A DNA stretch of 64,000 bases from Candidatus Krumholzibacteriia bacterium (GCA_046754105.1 JBHHVD010000001.1:42733-106732), one strand, 5' to 3'; counted from the stretch's first letter, positions 38,177 to 48,074 are shown. Notes: a model not told the origin generated them from the letters alone. Made by a program: numbers and translations.

Positions 38177-38863
38177 TCATTCCCCGCGGTACATGGCTTT
38201 TATGGCACCCCAGGTTCGTTCCTCGACCGGAATCGTGAAGTCTTCCATGATGACGGTTATGCACCGCTCGCCGTCCAGAATCCGGTTGCCGTTGCGGTCC
38301 TGGTAGACGGCGACCTCCAGCCGTAGCACGCCGCTGGACTTGATATTGATCGTCGTCTTATCCGAAAAATACCCGTTGCCGGTCGGCGTCGATACCACGA
38401 TGCGGGGGAGGTGGTAGCGGAGGTCCTGGACCGGCTCGCCGTCGACCTGGATCGCCGCCGGAACGCCCAGGGGGCGAGGTGTGAACTGAACGAAGACATC
38501 GCTCAACTGGCGGGGCGTGTCCGCGAAACCATCGATGACGAGCGCCATTTCCGCGCCGAAGAACAGGAACTCATTTCGGCCCGACGTGGAAGGAGAAAAT
38601 CCGTCGAGCCCCGGCGCCTGGTAAATCTCAAAGGCTACGCGCTCGCCGAACTTGTCCCACAACATCAGTCCCCCGACCGAATACGCGGGATCAAAAAGCG
38701 GATCGCCCGGGCCCTTGGTCTCGTATTGTGTGGGGTCGAACCGAAAGCTCACGCGGCCCGCCGGGTAGGCGAGAATGCACGGCTCCGCAGAAGCCGCAAC
38801 GGCGCTCGCCGTGATCGCGACTACCAGTAGTAAAATCAGACGCAGAGTATGCCCTTGGCCCAC
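38177..38863 (-). CDS. Secreted protein of unknown function, family member C, with the C-terminal tag ...IPVEERTWGAIKAMYRGE
   Basis: Signal peptide MGQGHTLRLILLLVVAITASAVAASA. Divergent in body but shares the invariant Cys-PVEE-x-TWG-x-IKA-x-Y C-terminus with members A and B. Confidence 0.65.
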   Translation of the reverse strand: MGQGHTLRLILLLVVAITASAVAASAEPCILAYPAGRVSFRFDPTQYETKGPGDPLFDPAYSVGGLMLWDKFGERVAFEIYQAPGLDGFSPSTSGRNEFLFFGAEMALVIDGFADTPRQLSDVFVQFTPRPLGVPAAIQVDGEPVQDLRYHLPRIVVSTPTGNGYFSDKTTINIKSSGVLRLEVAVYQDRNGNRILDGERCITVIMEDFTIPVEERTWGAIKAMYRGE

Positions 38864-39233
38864 CTATCCACCTCCGAAAAGCTGCAGACGCAGATGGGCG
38901 TTAATCAATCCGAACCTGCCCGCGCGGAGAGCGCGGACCCCCATTGCAGGGAAGCTGCACTGTTGTAGTAGCGACTCAAGCTGCCCTTGCCCTTAGTTTT
39001 AGCCGAATAATTATACCATACACGGCCCCGGGCTGGAAGCGCGATGTTGGCCTCGCGGCGCGGAGAAAACCGTCCGGCGTGACCGCCTCCGTCCGGTTTC
39101 GGCCCGTGGACGGCCGTCTCATCCCCGGGGCTTTTGGCTTTACAAAGCAGCACGTATGTTTAATAGTTCAAGGTGAATGCGCCGTTTCCGCCGCGCTTGC
39201 GCCCGGACGATACGCCGCAATCAGGATATCCTA

Positions 39234-40883
39234 ATGAGGCTTCCACCAAGCATCCAGACGGCGATCTTCGCCCTGTGCCTGGCGCTGCCGGCCTGCGGTG
39301 GCGGGGACGAACAAGCCACGCCCGGCACGGCCGGCACCACGACGGAAGCGGCAACCCCGGGAGGTACCGTCATCCGGCACTTGCAGGCGGATTGCAAGAC
39401 CCTAAACTGGGTCTTGTACACGACCGTATACGAGGATTACGTGCTGCGCTGCCTCTACGATAACCTCCTCGATTATGACGCGAAAATGGAGATACAGCCC
39501 GTGCTCGCGAAGAGCGTCAAGGTCAGCGATGACCACCTGCGCATCACCGTCGAGCTGCGCGACAGCCTTTTCTGGCACGACGGCGAGCCGATCACCTCCG
39601 AGGACGTCGCGTTTACAGTCGACAAGATACGAGACCCGGCCGTTCCGGCGGTGAACAAGGAGGGTTGGTTCAACAAACTCGATAAGGTCGAAGTGGTCGA
39701 TGACAAGACGATCGTGTTCGTTTGGTCTGTACCGTATGCGCCCGCGCTCCACGCGCTGACGAAGCTCTCACCGATCCCCAAACATATCTACGGAAAGGGC
39801 GATTTCCTGACCAATCCGGCGAACCGGGCCCCGGTGGGCAGCGGAGCGTTCCGGTTCGAGGAGTGGCAAACGTCGCGGATGATCAGCGTGGTACGCAACG
39901 ATAACTATTACCGCCGCAAGGCGTACCTCGACCGTATCATTTTTCGCGTGATTCCCGACCGATCAGTGGCGCTCAATGCCATGAAGACGGGCCAGCTCGA
40001 CGAAATGCGTTTGCGGCAACAACAGTGGGAACAAGTGAGTGGGGACAAAGCGTTCGTCGACAAATTCAACATGAACTACTACGACGTACCGCAGTACAAC
40101 TATCTGTCCTGGAACTGTCGCGCGATCTGGTTCAAGGACAAGCGCGTTCGCAGGGCCCTGACAATGCTGTTCGACCGCGAGGAAATCATCGCCACCCTGT
40201 ATTCGGGGTTCTCAAAACCGGTGAGCGGCCCGTTTTACATCAACTCGCCCGCCTACGATCATTCGGTAGCACCGTATCCCTACGACCCGCAGGCCGCGGT
40301 TCGGTTGCTGGAGGACGCCGGCTGGATCGATAACAACGGAGACGGCGTGCGTGAGAAGGATGACGTGAACTTCGAGTTCGAGTTCTACGTTACTTCCGGA
40401 AGTCGTATCGGGCAGTCCTTCGCTCAGCTGCTGCAGGAGCAGTGTGAAAAGGCGGGCATCATTGTTAAGATTCGGCGTCTCGAGTCGGCGACGTTCTTCG
40501 ACAAGGTGTTCAAAGGTGAATACGACGCCGCGGCTCTGGCCTGGCAGCTTGACATCGACCCGGATTTGTACGACACGTTCCACTCCACACAGGTCCCGCC
40601 GATCGGTTTGAACCATGCGTTTTATAACAACCCGGAGGTGGACACGCTGCTCGAGCGGGCACGGGTCGAATTCGACAAAGACAAACGCAACGAGCTATAC
40701 CACCAGGTTCATCGGTTGATACACGAGGATTCGCCGTACACCTTTGTCAACTCCGTTCCCGAGAAACGTCCCGTCCATCATCGAATCGGCAACGTGGCTA
40801 TTTCGCCCAGCGGGCCGTTTCGATTCTATCCCGGCGGCATTTACTGGTATGTCAAGAGTGATATGATGGAAGCGAGAAAATAA
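39234..40883 (+). CDS. ABC transporter substrate-binding lipoprotein, family 5 (peptide/nickel; OppA/DppA-like)
   Basis: Lipoprotein signal MRLPPSIQTAIFALCLALPACGGG. SBP_bac_5-type sequence follows (…YDNLLDYD...). 549 aa. Confidence 0.85.
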   Translation: MRLPPSIQTAIFALCLALPACGGGDEQATPGTAGTTTEAATPGGTVIRHLQADCKTLNWVLYTTVYEDYVLRCLYDNLLDYDAKMEIQPVLAKSVKVSDDHLRITVELRDSLFWHDGEPITSEDVAFTVDKIRDPAVPAVNKEGWFNKLDKVEVVDDKTIVFVWSVPYAPALHALTKLSPIPKHIYGKGDFLTNPANRAPVGSGAFRFEEWQTSRMISVVRNDNYYRRKAYLDRIIFRVIPDRSVALNAMKTGQLDEMRLRQQQWEQVSGDKAFVDKFNMNYYDVPQYNYLSWNCRAIWFKDKRVRRALTMLFDREEIIATLYSGFSKPVSGPFYINSPAYDHSVAPYPYDPQAAVRLLEDAGWIDNNGDGVREKDDVNFEFEFYVTSGSRIGQSFAQLLQEQCEKAGIIVKIRRLESATFFDKVFKGEYDAAALAWQLDIDPDLYDTFHSTQVPPIGLNHAFYNNPEVDTLLERARVEFDKDKRNELYHQVHRLIHEDSPYTFVNSVPEKRPVHHRIGNVAISPSGPFRFYPGGIYWYVKSDMMEARK

Positions 40884-40899
40884 CCCATCACGTCCCGGT

Positions 40900-41877
40900 A
40901 TGCTGATCTATACCCTTCGCCGTCTGGCATATTTGTTTCCAACCCTTCTCGGCATCACCTTCATCACGTTTTTCATAATCTCACTGGCTCCGGGCAATCC
41001 GGTCGACGTGATGCAGGAAGGCACGATGAGTACCCGCATCTCGCCGGAGGCCTATCAGGAAATGCTCCGTCTCTACGGGCTGGACAAGCCCTTTCACACC
41101 CGGTACGTGGTGTGGCTCAAGCGGCTGCTCACGCTCGACTTTGGAAATTCGTTCCTGGATCACCGCCCAGTCATCACAAAGATAACCGAACGCCTGCCGG
41201 CGACGCTGCTGCTCGGCGGTGTATCGCTGCTGTTGGTGCTCGTACTGGCGATTCCGTTCGGGCTGTACTCGGCGGTCCGGCAGCATTCCCGCTTCGATAA
41301 GATCGGCGGGACCGTGCTGTATATGCTCTACTCCCTTCCCGAATTCTGGGTGGCGCTTCTCTTGATTCTTTTCTTTGGAGTCAAGCTCGACGTTCTTCCC
41401 TTTATAGGCATCGAATCCCTCGGAGCCCGACACCTCGGGTTCTTCGCCTATTTGTGGGACCGCATTCTCCATATGATCCTGCCTACGATATGTTTGACAT
41501 ACGGGGCTTTGGCCTTTCTCTCGCGGTTTGTGCGGGGTTCCACCCTGGAGGTCATCCACCAGGACTACATTCGAACCGCGCGCGCCAAAGGCCTGGATGA
41601 TCATCGAGTGGTCTACAAGCACGTTTTCAAGAACACACTGATTCCCCTGGTCACCCTGTTCGGCATCCTGCTGCCGACGCTGATCAGCGGCAGCGTCATC
41701 CTGGAATACATATTCAGTTGGCCCGGGATCGGAGCGTTGTTTTTCGATTCCGTAATGGCAAGGGACTATCCGACGGTAATGGGTCTGAGCTTCGTTACAT
41801 CGGTGCTCGTCTTGATGGGCACGCTGATCGCAGACCTGTTGTACACGTGGATCGATCCGCGGATTTCGTATGAGTGA
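40900..41877 (+). CDS. ABC peptide transporter permease (DppB/OppB-like)
   Basis: MLIYTLRRLAYLFPTLLGITFITFFI... has six TM helices and the EAA-like loop. Confidence 0.9.
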   Translation: MLIYTLRRLAYLFPTLLGITFITFFIISLAPGNPVDVMQEGTMSTRISPEAYQEMLRLYGLDKPFHTRYVVWLKRLLTLDFGNSFLDHRPVITKITERLPATLLLGGVSLLLVLVLAIPFGLYSAVRQHSRFDKIGGTVLYMLYSLPEFWVALLLILFFGVKLDVLPFIGIESLGARHLGFFAYLWDRILHMILPTICLTYGALAFLSRFVRGSTLEVIHQDYIRTARAKGLDDHRVVYKHVFKNTLIPLVTLFGILLPTLISGSVILEYIFSWPGIGALFFDSVMARDYPTVMGLSFVTSVLVLMGTLIADLLYTWIDPRISYE

Positions 41878-42937
41878 TCGCCTGGAGACAACCGGCGGCG
41901 TGGACGGCGCCACCGACAAGAGTGCGGGCCTGGCCGGCATCCTTTGGCAGAGGCTCCGGCGCGACCGGTTCGCCATGACCGGTCTCTATATCGTTCTCTT
42001 GCTTTGCGCCGTCTCCTACCTGGCACCCACCCTGGCGAACGACAAGCCGTTGATAATGAGATACGAGGGGCGACTCTATTTCCCCGCGGTGGCGGAGCTG
42101 TTTCCGCTGAACAAGATCCTCCGCTACCCGGAATTGAGAGGTGTTGATTACGACAATTTGCGCGACGACCCGGCGATCGCTATCCTGAACCCCCCCGTGC
42201 CCTACTCGCCCTACGAAACCTCGCTCTCGGAACGATTCCAGGCGCCGAGCCGCCGGCACTGGATGGGCACCGACGATCTGGGCCGTGACGTGTCCAGCCG
42301 CATGATCCACGGCGCTTCCGTCTCACTGCTGGTGGGCTTTGTAGCGGTAGGGATCGCGCTCTTCATCGGCCTGCTCGCCGGCGCCCTGGCCGGGTTTTAC
42401 GGCGGCATGGTAGACATCGTCGTTTCGAGAATAATTGAAGTCGTGATGTGTTTCCCGTCGTTCTTCCTCATCCTGGCGGTTATCGCGTTTCTGCCGCCGA
42501 GCATTTACAACATCATGGTGGTTATCGGAATCACTCGCTGGACGGCGATTGCTCGTTATACGAGGGGGGAGTTTCTACGCCTCAAGAAACAGGACTTCGC
42601 GTACGCGGCGAGGGCACTGGGGGCCAGCGATCGCAAGATCATCTTTCGTCACATCCTGCCCAACTCGCTGGCGCCGATACTCGTATCGGCCACGTTCGGC
42701 ATAGCGAACGCGATCCTGATAGAAGCGGCGTTGAGCTTTCTGGGCTTTGGCGTACAACCCCCGGCGGCGAGTTGGGGAGGCATTCTATCGCTGGCCCGCG
42801 AGTACATCGAAGTGGCGTGGTGGCTGGCTACGATCCCCGGTCTCGCGATCTTTGTCACGGTAACGGGCTACAACATTCTCGGCGAGGGGTTGCGGGACGC
42901 GAGCGACCCCCGTCAGACGCTCACCGAGAGCCGCTAG
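41870..42937 (+). CDS. ABC peptide transporter permease (DppC/OppC-like)
   Basis: BPD_transp_1-type permease with an N-terminal OppC-like extension. Overlaps the upstream permease by 8 nt. Confidence 0.9.
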   Translation: MSDRLETTGGVDGATDKSAGLAGILWQRLRRDRFAMTGLYIVLLLCAVSYLAPTLANDKPLIMRYEGRLYFPAVAELFPLNKILRYPELRGVDYDNLRDDPAIAILNPPVPYSPYETSLSERFQAPSRRHWMGTDDLGRDVSSRMIHGASVSLLVGFVAVGIALFIGLLAGALAGFYGGMVDIVVSRIIEVVMCFPSFFLILAVIAFLPPSIYNIMVVIGITRWTAIARYTRGEFLRLKKQDFAYAARALGASDRKIIFRHILPNSLAPILVSATFGIANAILIEAALSFLGFGVQPPAASWGGILSLAREYIEVAWWLATIPGLAIFVTVTGYNILGEGLRDASDPRQTLTESR

Positions 42938-42952
42938 GGCTCGGTGAACGGA

Positions 42953-43759
42953 CTAGCGCTGGCACACGGGGCAGAAATGCGTGCCGCGCCCGGCGAGCAC
43001 GATCCTCTCTATTGCGTTGCCGCATTCGAGGCAAGCGTCGCCCTCGCGCCCGTAGACGGCATGGAAATGCTGGAAGCTACCGCTGGCGCCGTCCGCGCCG
43101 CGATAGTCCCGAATCGTCGATCCCCCACGCGCGATGGCCCGCCCGAGAACCGAGCGCGCCCGTGCCAGGAGCCGCGCCGACTTCGCGGCGACTCCGCGCC
43201 CCGGCGTGCGCGGGTCGATCCCCGAGTAGAACAGGAGTTCGTCCGCGTAGATGTTGCCGATCCCGGACAGTATCCCCTGGTCCAGCAGGAGTGCCTTGAT
43301 CGGCGCTCGGCGATTCCGGAGACGATTGCCGAGATATCGTGCCGTCGCGACGAACGGGTCCGGTCCGATGTTAAGGTCGCTGGTGAAGTCGCACCGCTCC
43401 GCGATGAAGATGTGGCCGAAACGTCTGGGATCGTAGAATCGCAACTCTTCCCCGTTGTCCAGATAGAAACGCCCGTGCAGGTGTCTTCGCCCGGAGCCGT
43501 TTTCGTCGCGCGACTGCACGCACAAGCGTCCCGTCATTCCCAGGTTGATCACCACGAGGCCCGATGGGCCAAGCCTCAGCAGCGCGTTCTTGCCGATTCG
43601 TTCCACCGAATCGACACTGCGGCCGGCGAGCCACGGCATGCGCAGACTCCCCCGCCGGTACAAACTCCTGTGCCGAAGGCGTGCCCGCACGATACGGCGG
43701 TCGAGGAGCCGGGGGCGGAGTACGCGTACAATCGTTTCCAGTTCGGGTAGCTCGGGCAT
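42953..43759 (-). CDS. mutM: Formamidopyrimidine-DNA glycosylase
   Basis: Start at the internal MPELPELETI (catalytic Pro2/Glu3). C-terminal zinc finger CLECG...CPVCQ. The track ORF is extended 5' by 103 codons without support. Confidence 0.9.
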   Translation of the reverse strand: MPELPELETIVRVLRPRLLDRRIVRARLRHRSLYRRGSLRMPWLAGRSVDSVERIGKNALLRLGPSGLVVINLGMTGRLCVQSRDENGSGRRHLHGRFYLDNGEELRFYDPRRFGHIFIAERCDFTSDLNIGPDPFVATARYLGNRLRNRRAPIKALLLDQGILSGIGNIYADELLFYSGIDPRTPGRGVAAKSARLLARARSVLGRAIARGGSTIRDYRGADGASGSFQHFHAVYGREGDACLECGNAIERIVLAGRGTHFCPVCQR

Positions 43760-43916
43760 TTCTTCACCTGCGCCCGCGGCGCATACCATTACGGATTCCA
43801 TGGCCTGAACCGTCGCGACATCCGACGGCGGCACGCGTCGAATTCGTTTCCGCAGCGGCGGCCCATCCATTATACTGTCATTCAGACCCAACTCCAAACA
43901 CGGCCGGAGGAACCCA

Positions 43917-45692
43917 TTGCGCAGCGACCGCAGCATCTCCACAATCGTCCACGACCAGATCCTGCCCATGGTCAAGACCCCGGGACAGTACGCGGGCGGC
44001 GAACGCAATATCGTGGTCAAGGACCACGCAGCGGTGGACCTGAAAGTGGCACTGGCCTTTCCGGACACCTACACGATCGGCATGTCACATCTGGGGTTGC
44101 AGATCCTCTATCACATGTTGAACGAGCGCGAGGACACGGCGGCGGAGCGCGTGTTCGCTCCCTGGATCGACATGGAAGACCAGCTGCGCCGCCGCGAGAT
44201 CCCGCTGCATACGCTCGAGACGTGCACGCCGCTCTCGGAGTTCGACGTCATCGGGTTCTCGATGCAGTACGAGTTGTGTTTCACGAACTTCATGAACATG
44301 CTCGAGCTCGGTGGTATCCCGGTATGGACGGAGGACCGCTCGAGTGGCGACCCGGTGGTTCTGGGCGGAGGATCCATCAGCCTGGCTATGGAGCCGGTGG
44401 CTCCATTCTTCGACGCCGTCCTGGTGGGGGACGCCGAGGACGTACTCCATCCCACGATGGATGTGATCAAGGAGTGGAGGCGAAGCGGCCTGCCCCGACG
44501 CTCCCTTCATGAAGCCCTGTGCCGGATCCCCGGCATGTACGTCCCGTCGCTCTACGATGTTTCCTACAACGAAGACGGTACCGTGCGCGGCATTGAAAAC
44601 ATTCCACCCGCGCCGCCGTACGTCGCCAAGACCTCTGTCCGCGATTTCGAGAACGCGCCCTACCCGACCAGACCGGTGGTGCCGAACGTGTCCGTGGTCC
44701 ACGAACGCATCAACGTCGAGATCATGCGCGGGTGTCCCAACCAGTGCCGTTTCTGCCAGGCGGTCAAGCACTACCGGCCGCTCAAGCGCCGCACCACGGA
44801 CCGGATAATCGAGCTATGCGAGGAAACGTACCGCAACACCGGCTACGACGAAATCTCCCTGACCAGCTTGTCGACCGCGGACTATCCGGGCATCGAAGAA
44901 CTGATCCCGGCGATCACGAGGCGTTTCGACGCCCGCAGGGTGAACATCTCGCTGCCCTCCCTCCGTGTAAAGGGAGAGCTGGAGCACCTCCCCGGCCTGG
45001 TCAGTACCGTTCGCAAGTCCGGCCTGACCATGGCTCCGGAAGTGGCAACGGACCGCCTGCGCGAAATCATCCGCAAGCCGATTCTCAACCGCGACTTGCT
45101 AGGCGGCTCCGCGGCCGCCTGGAGGGTGGGCTATCGCCTTATCAAGTTTTACTTCATGATCGGCGTGCCCACGGAGACCCGGGAAGACCTCAAGGGCATC
45201 ATCGATCTTTGCGACGAGGCAAGTCGTCTGCGCAAGAAGCAGTTTCGCCGCCGTGGACGGATCAACGTGGCGATGTCCTCCCACATCCCCAAACCCCACA
45301 CCCCGTTCCAGTGGGAGGCCATGGACACAACAGAGGAGCTCCTGGCAAAGCAGGCCTACATCCGGTCGTGCAGCAGATCCTCGTATTTGAAGCTGAAGTT
45401 TCACAATGTCGACGAGAGCTATCTCGAGGCCGTATTTTCGAGAGGCGACCGGCGGCTGGCGGACGTGTTGATCAAGGGCCGGGAACGCGGGTTGCGGATG
45501 GACGCATGGGGCGAATGCTTTGACATGCGCGCGTGGCGCGAGGTGTTCGAGGAGGCACGGGTCGACCCCGATTGGTACGCGCGGCGCACGCGCGGCGACG
45601 ACGAAATCCTGCCGTGGGACCTCATCGCGGTGGGCACGCCCACGGAGTACCTGGTCAAGGAGCAGCGGCGAGCGCGCGCCGCGATGGCGTAG
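43917..45692 (+). CDS. B12-binding-domain-containing radical SAM protein
   Basis: The CxxxCxxC cluster RGCPNQCRFCQA follows an N-terminal B12-like/Rossmann region (...VIGFSMQYELCF...). About 590 aa. The start may be 43968 (MVKTPGQYAGG). Confidence 0.8.
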   Translation: MRSDRSISTIVHDQILPMVKTPGQYAGGERNIVVKDHAAVDLKVALAFPDTYTIGMSHLGLQILYHMLNEREDTAAERVFAPWIDMEDQLRRREIPLHTLETCTPLSEFDVIGFSMQYELCFTNFMNMLELGGIPVWTEDRSSGDPVVLGGGSISLAMEPVAPFFDAVLVGDAEDVLHPTMDVIKEWRRSGLPRRSLHEALCRIPGMYVPSLYDVSYNEDGTVRGIENIPPAPPYVAKTSVRDFENAPYPTRPVVPNVSVVHERINVEIMRGCPNQCRFCQAVKHYRPLKRRTTDRIIELCEETYRNTGYDEISLTSLSTADYPGIEELIPAITRRFDARRVNISLPSLRVKGELEHLPGLVSTVRKSGLTMAPEVATDRLREIIRKPILNRDLLGGSAAAWRVGYRLIKFYFMIGVPTETREDLKGIIDLCDEASRLRKKQFRRRGRINVAMSSHIPKPHTPFQWEAMDTTEELLAKQAYIRSCSRSSYLKLKFHNVDESYLEAVFSRGDRRLADVLIKGRERGLRMDAWGECFDMRAWREVFEEARVDPDWYARRTRGDDEILPWDLIAVGTPTEYLVKEQRRARAAMA

Positions 45693-45727
45693 GTGTTGAC
45701 GCTCGGCGGGACACGAAAGGAGTTCGC

Positions 45728-46195
45728 GTGCCGAAAAACCTCTTGTTGAAACTCTATAGTTACACTTATCAGGTGGCATGCGCCAACGTTGACGGTGTCT
45801 CCAACGCCGAGAGCCTCGTGCAGCCCGAGAAACACGGCAACTGCCTGAACTGGGTCATGGGGCATATCGTCGCCTACCGCAACGAGGTACTCAAGGTCCT
45901 CGGGGAAGAACCGGTGATGAGCGAAACGGATGTCGAACGTTACAAACGAGGATCGGAACCCATCACCTGCGAGGGATCGAGCACGCCCCTCGACCGGCTG
46001 CTGGACGACTTCGACACCTCCCAGGAGCGCCTGAACCGCGCGCTCGAGAACATCTCGGAGGAGACCCTGAACCGCAAGATGGGCGAGGAGACCGTCGCGT
46101 CCGCACTCGGCGGCCTGCAGTTCCACGAGGCGTACCACGTGGGGCAGTTGGGTGTTCTGCGCCGCATCGTGGGCAAGTCCGGCGCCATAACGTAG
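45728..46195 (+). CDS. DinB/YfiT-like four-helix-bundle protein
   Basis: GTG start 35 nt after the radical-SAM stop. ...NWVMGHIVAYRNEVL...FHEAYHVGQLGVLRR carries the His-rich DinB_2-like signatures. Confidence 0.5.
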   Translation: MPKNLLLKLYSYTYQVACANVDGVSNAESLVQPEKHGNCLNWVMGHIVAYRNEVLKVLGEEPVMSETDVERYKRGSEPITCEGSSTPLDRLLDDFDTSQERLNRALENISEETLNRKMGEETVASALGGLQFHEAYHVGQLGVLRRIVGKSGAIT

Positions 46196-46225
46196 TCGCG
46201 AGCGGGGACCGGCTGCCGCAAAACA

Positions 46226-46256
46226 AATGGGGAAGCCTGCGAGAGGCTTCCCCATT
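46226..46256. terminator. Bidirectional rho-independent terminator between convergent genes: a 13-bp perfect stem AATGGGGAAGCCT, a 5-nt loop, and a T-tract on the minus side
   Basis: Stem is 46226-46238 paired with 46244-46256. On the minus strand the hairpin is followed by TTTGTTTTGCGG. The plus-side tail is GTTGTCG. Confidence 0.6.
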
Positions 46257-46288
46257 GTTGTCGTGGAGCCGGCGTGTCGAGTTGGAAA

Positions 46289-46912
46289 TCAGCTGCGCGT
46301 GTACACAATCTCCATTTGTTTGAACTCGTTGCCGCCGTCTCCGATTACGTACCACTCGAAAGTGTGCTTGTTCTCGTCGATGATATTGTTGACGAACCGG
46401 ACCTTCATCTGGTTGCCAAGAGGGCCGGTAACCGTGGCGTAGTGGGTTTCCGTCTTGCAGTGGTTCTCACAATCGCCCTCGGTGTAGAGCATCTGGGTGC
46501 CCATATTGTCGAGCCAAAGGCTCGTATGCTTCTTGGTGACCTTGTCGTAGCCGACCATGCCCACGCCTTTGAACGGCATGCCCATCATCTCACTCGACAT
46601 GTGCGACATGACGAACCGGCCGCCCAGGATCATCTCGGCAGCCGCGGTTCCCTCCGAGACCGTGGCCTCGGCACCCGGGCGTTCCCACATCATGATCTTG
46701 GCGTTCCATTTGCCAACGAGATTCTTCAGCTGCTTGTGGTGGCTGCCGGGAGAAATGGCTTCCTGGTAGGCGGCCATCTGCTCGGCGCTGTATTCGTGAC
46801 TGTGCCCGGCTTCCTTCTTGTCCTTGTCCTTGCCGGCGTGCGACACGTTCACGGCCAGTCCGGCGGCGATGACCACAGCTGCCAGCGTCGAAAACAAACG
46901 TAACGATTTCAT
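46289..46912 (-). CDS. Secreted protein, DUF1579-like, function unknown
   Basis: Signal peptide MKSLRLFSTLAAVVIAAGLAVNVSHA, then a KDKDKK linker and a His/Met-rich segment. The GKWNAKIMMW region is reminiscent of DUF1579. Confidence 0.45.
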   Translation of the reverse strand: MKSLRLFSTLAAVVIAAGLAVNVSHAGKDKDKKEAGHSHEYSAEQMAAYQEAISPGSHHKQLKNLVGKWNAKIMMWERPGAEATVSEGTAAAEMILGGRFVMSHMSSEMMGMPFKGVGMVGYDKVTKKHTSLWLDNMGTQMLYTEGDCENHCKTETHYATVTGPLGNQMKVRFVNNIIDENKHTFEWYVIGDGGNEFKQMEIVYTRS

Positions 46913-47270
46913 CTTCTGACTCCTTTCGATCCCCTAACTAACGTACGGCTCGCCCATCCCCGGGGGGGGCGAACCGCCAACCCCGGCATGGTTCGGGTGC
47001 AATCCATCCACTCCCGCCACGACTGGATTATGGACGATGGGGTGATTCTGCTATCCGAAGTTGAGAACACCTGCGCACGGTTCCCCCGAAAATTAGCACT
47101 TCGACCTGCGCCGGGCAACCTCAAAAAGAGGAGTCCCGGACGACGGGCGTCCCGGCCATCGCCGCTGTCCGGTGCGCGCCCCGGCGCTCGTTGCGAGGCG
47201 GCCGCAATTCGGCAGCGACTCCGTGGTTTAAGGTGTTATTCAGAAGCTTCTTGGGGCATAATGGGGTCGA

Positions 47271-48074
47271 ATGATCTTTCGCAAGACAGATGATGCCCCT
47301 GCTGGCCAGTCCACACCGGAGGTGCCGCCTGCGCCGGGTCGTGCCGGTCGGGCTCGGACCCTCCTGGAGACGAGCGGCAACGCAATGGTGGTGTTGACCA
47401 TTTTGAGCGTAATCGTATCGACGGCCGTCGGGTTTAAATGGCTCTCCCCATTCTTGCACGTGGCCGCCGTGTTTCCCTCGTTCGGCGCAGCGATGAGAGC
47501 CCGCCGACACCGCCTGGCCCTGGCGTTGGCGGTGCGATGGGCGGTCGCTGTGTTCGCCACAACGGTCGTCGTCGGCGTTTTCGTGCCCGACCAGGTGGGC
47601 AGGAGCGTTGTCTTCGCGTACGCGAGCGTTACGGGTATTTCCCAATGGCTCAACACGCCCGGAGCCCCGCCGCCGGCGGACTACGCCTACCTCCTGTGGG
47701 GTATCGCCGTTTTTCTCGCCGGCGCGCTTCTCAGCGGGGGCGCGGTCGCGTTCGTCGTGGCTTCGGTCGCACTGGGAAATGCCGCTTTTGGAGTTCTGTT
47801 TCTTCTCAAGTACGCGTTCAACATCGTTCAAATCGCGCTCGTCGCCATCCCACCCTGGCAGGCGAGCATCCTGGGAGCCGCCCTGCTCATGCTCGTCCCG
47901 GCATCGTTGCCGTTCTACGAGCGGGTCGTACGGACCGGGCCGGAGACCTCGGACCGGAGGGTAGTGCGCGGATTGATGTACGCGGGCGCCGTCCTCGTGG
48001 TGGCCAGCCTGCTGCTGAGGGTCGCAGTGGCAGGTCCCTGGCACACCGTGCTCCGCGAATGGACGCTTTTCTAA
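47271..48074 (+). CDS. Integral membrane protein, function unknown
   Basis: Six or seven clear hydrophobic helices. Preferred over the overlapping minus-strand Arg/Gly-rich ORF 47121-48134. Confidence 0.45.
   Translation: MIFRKTDDAPAGQSTPEVPPAPGRAGRARTLLETSGNAMVVLTILSVIVSTAVGFKWLSPFLHVAAVFPSFGAAMRARRHRLALALAVRWAVAVFATTVVVGVFVPDQVGRSVVFAYASVTGISQWLNTPGAPPPADYAYLLWGIAVFLAGALLSGGAVAFVVASVALGNAAFGVLFLLKYAFNIVQIALVAIPPWQASILGAALLMLVPASLPFYERVVRTGPETSDRRVVRGLMYAGAVLVVASLLLRVAVAGPWHTVLREWTLF

Noticed and set aside
46960-47010. tRNA-like fragment GGTTCGGGTGCAATCC...CCACTCCCGCCA
   Set aside because: Looks superficially like a T-arm plus CCA, but no acceptor, D or anticodon stems can be paired on either strand. 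More likely the promoter/5'-UTR of the DUF1579-like gene.
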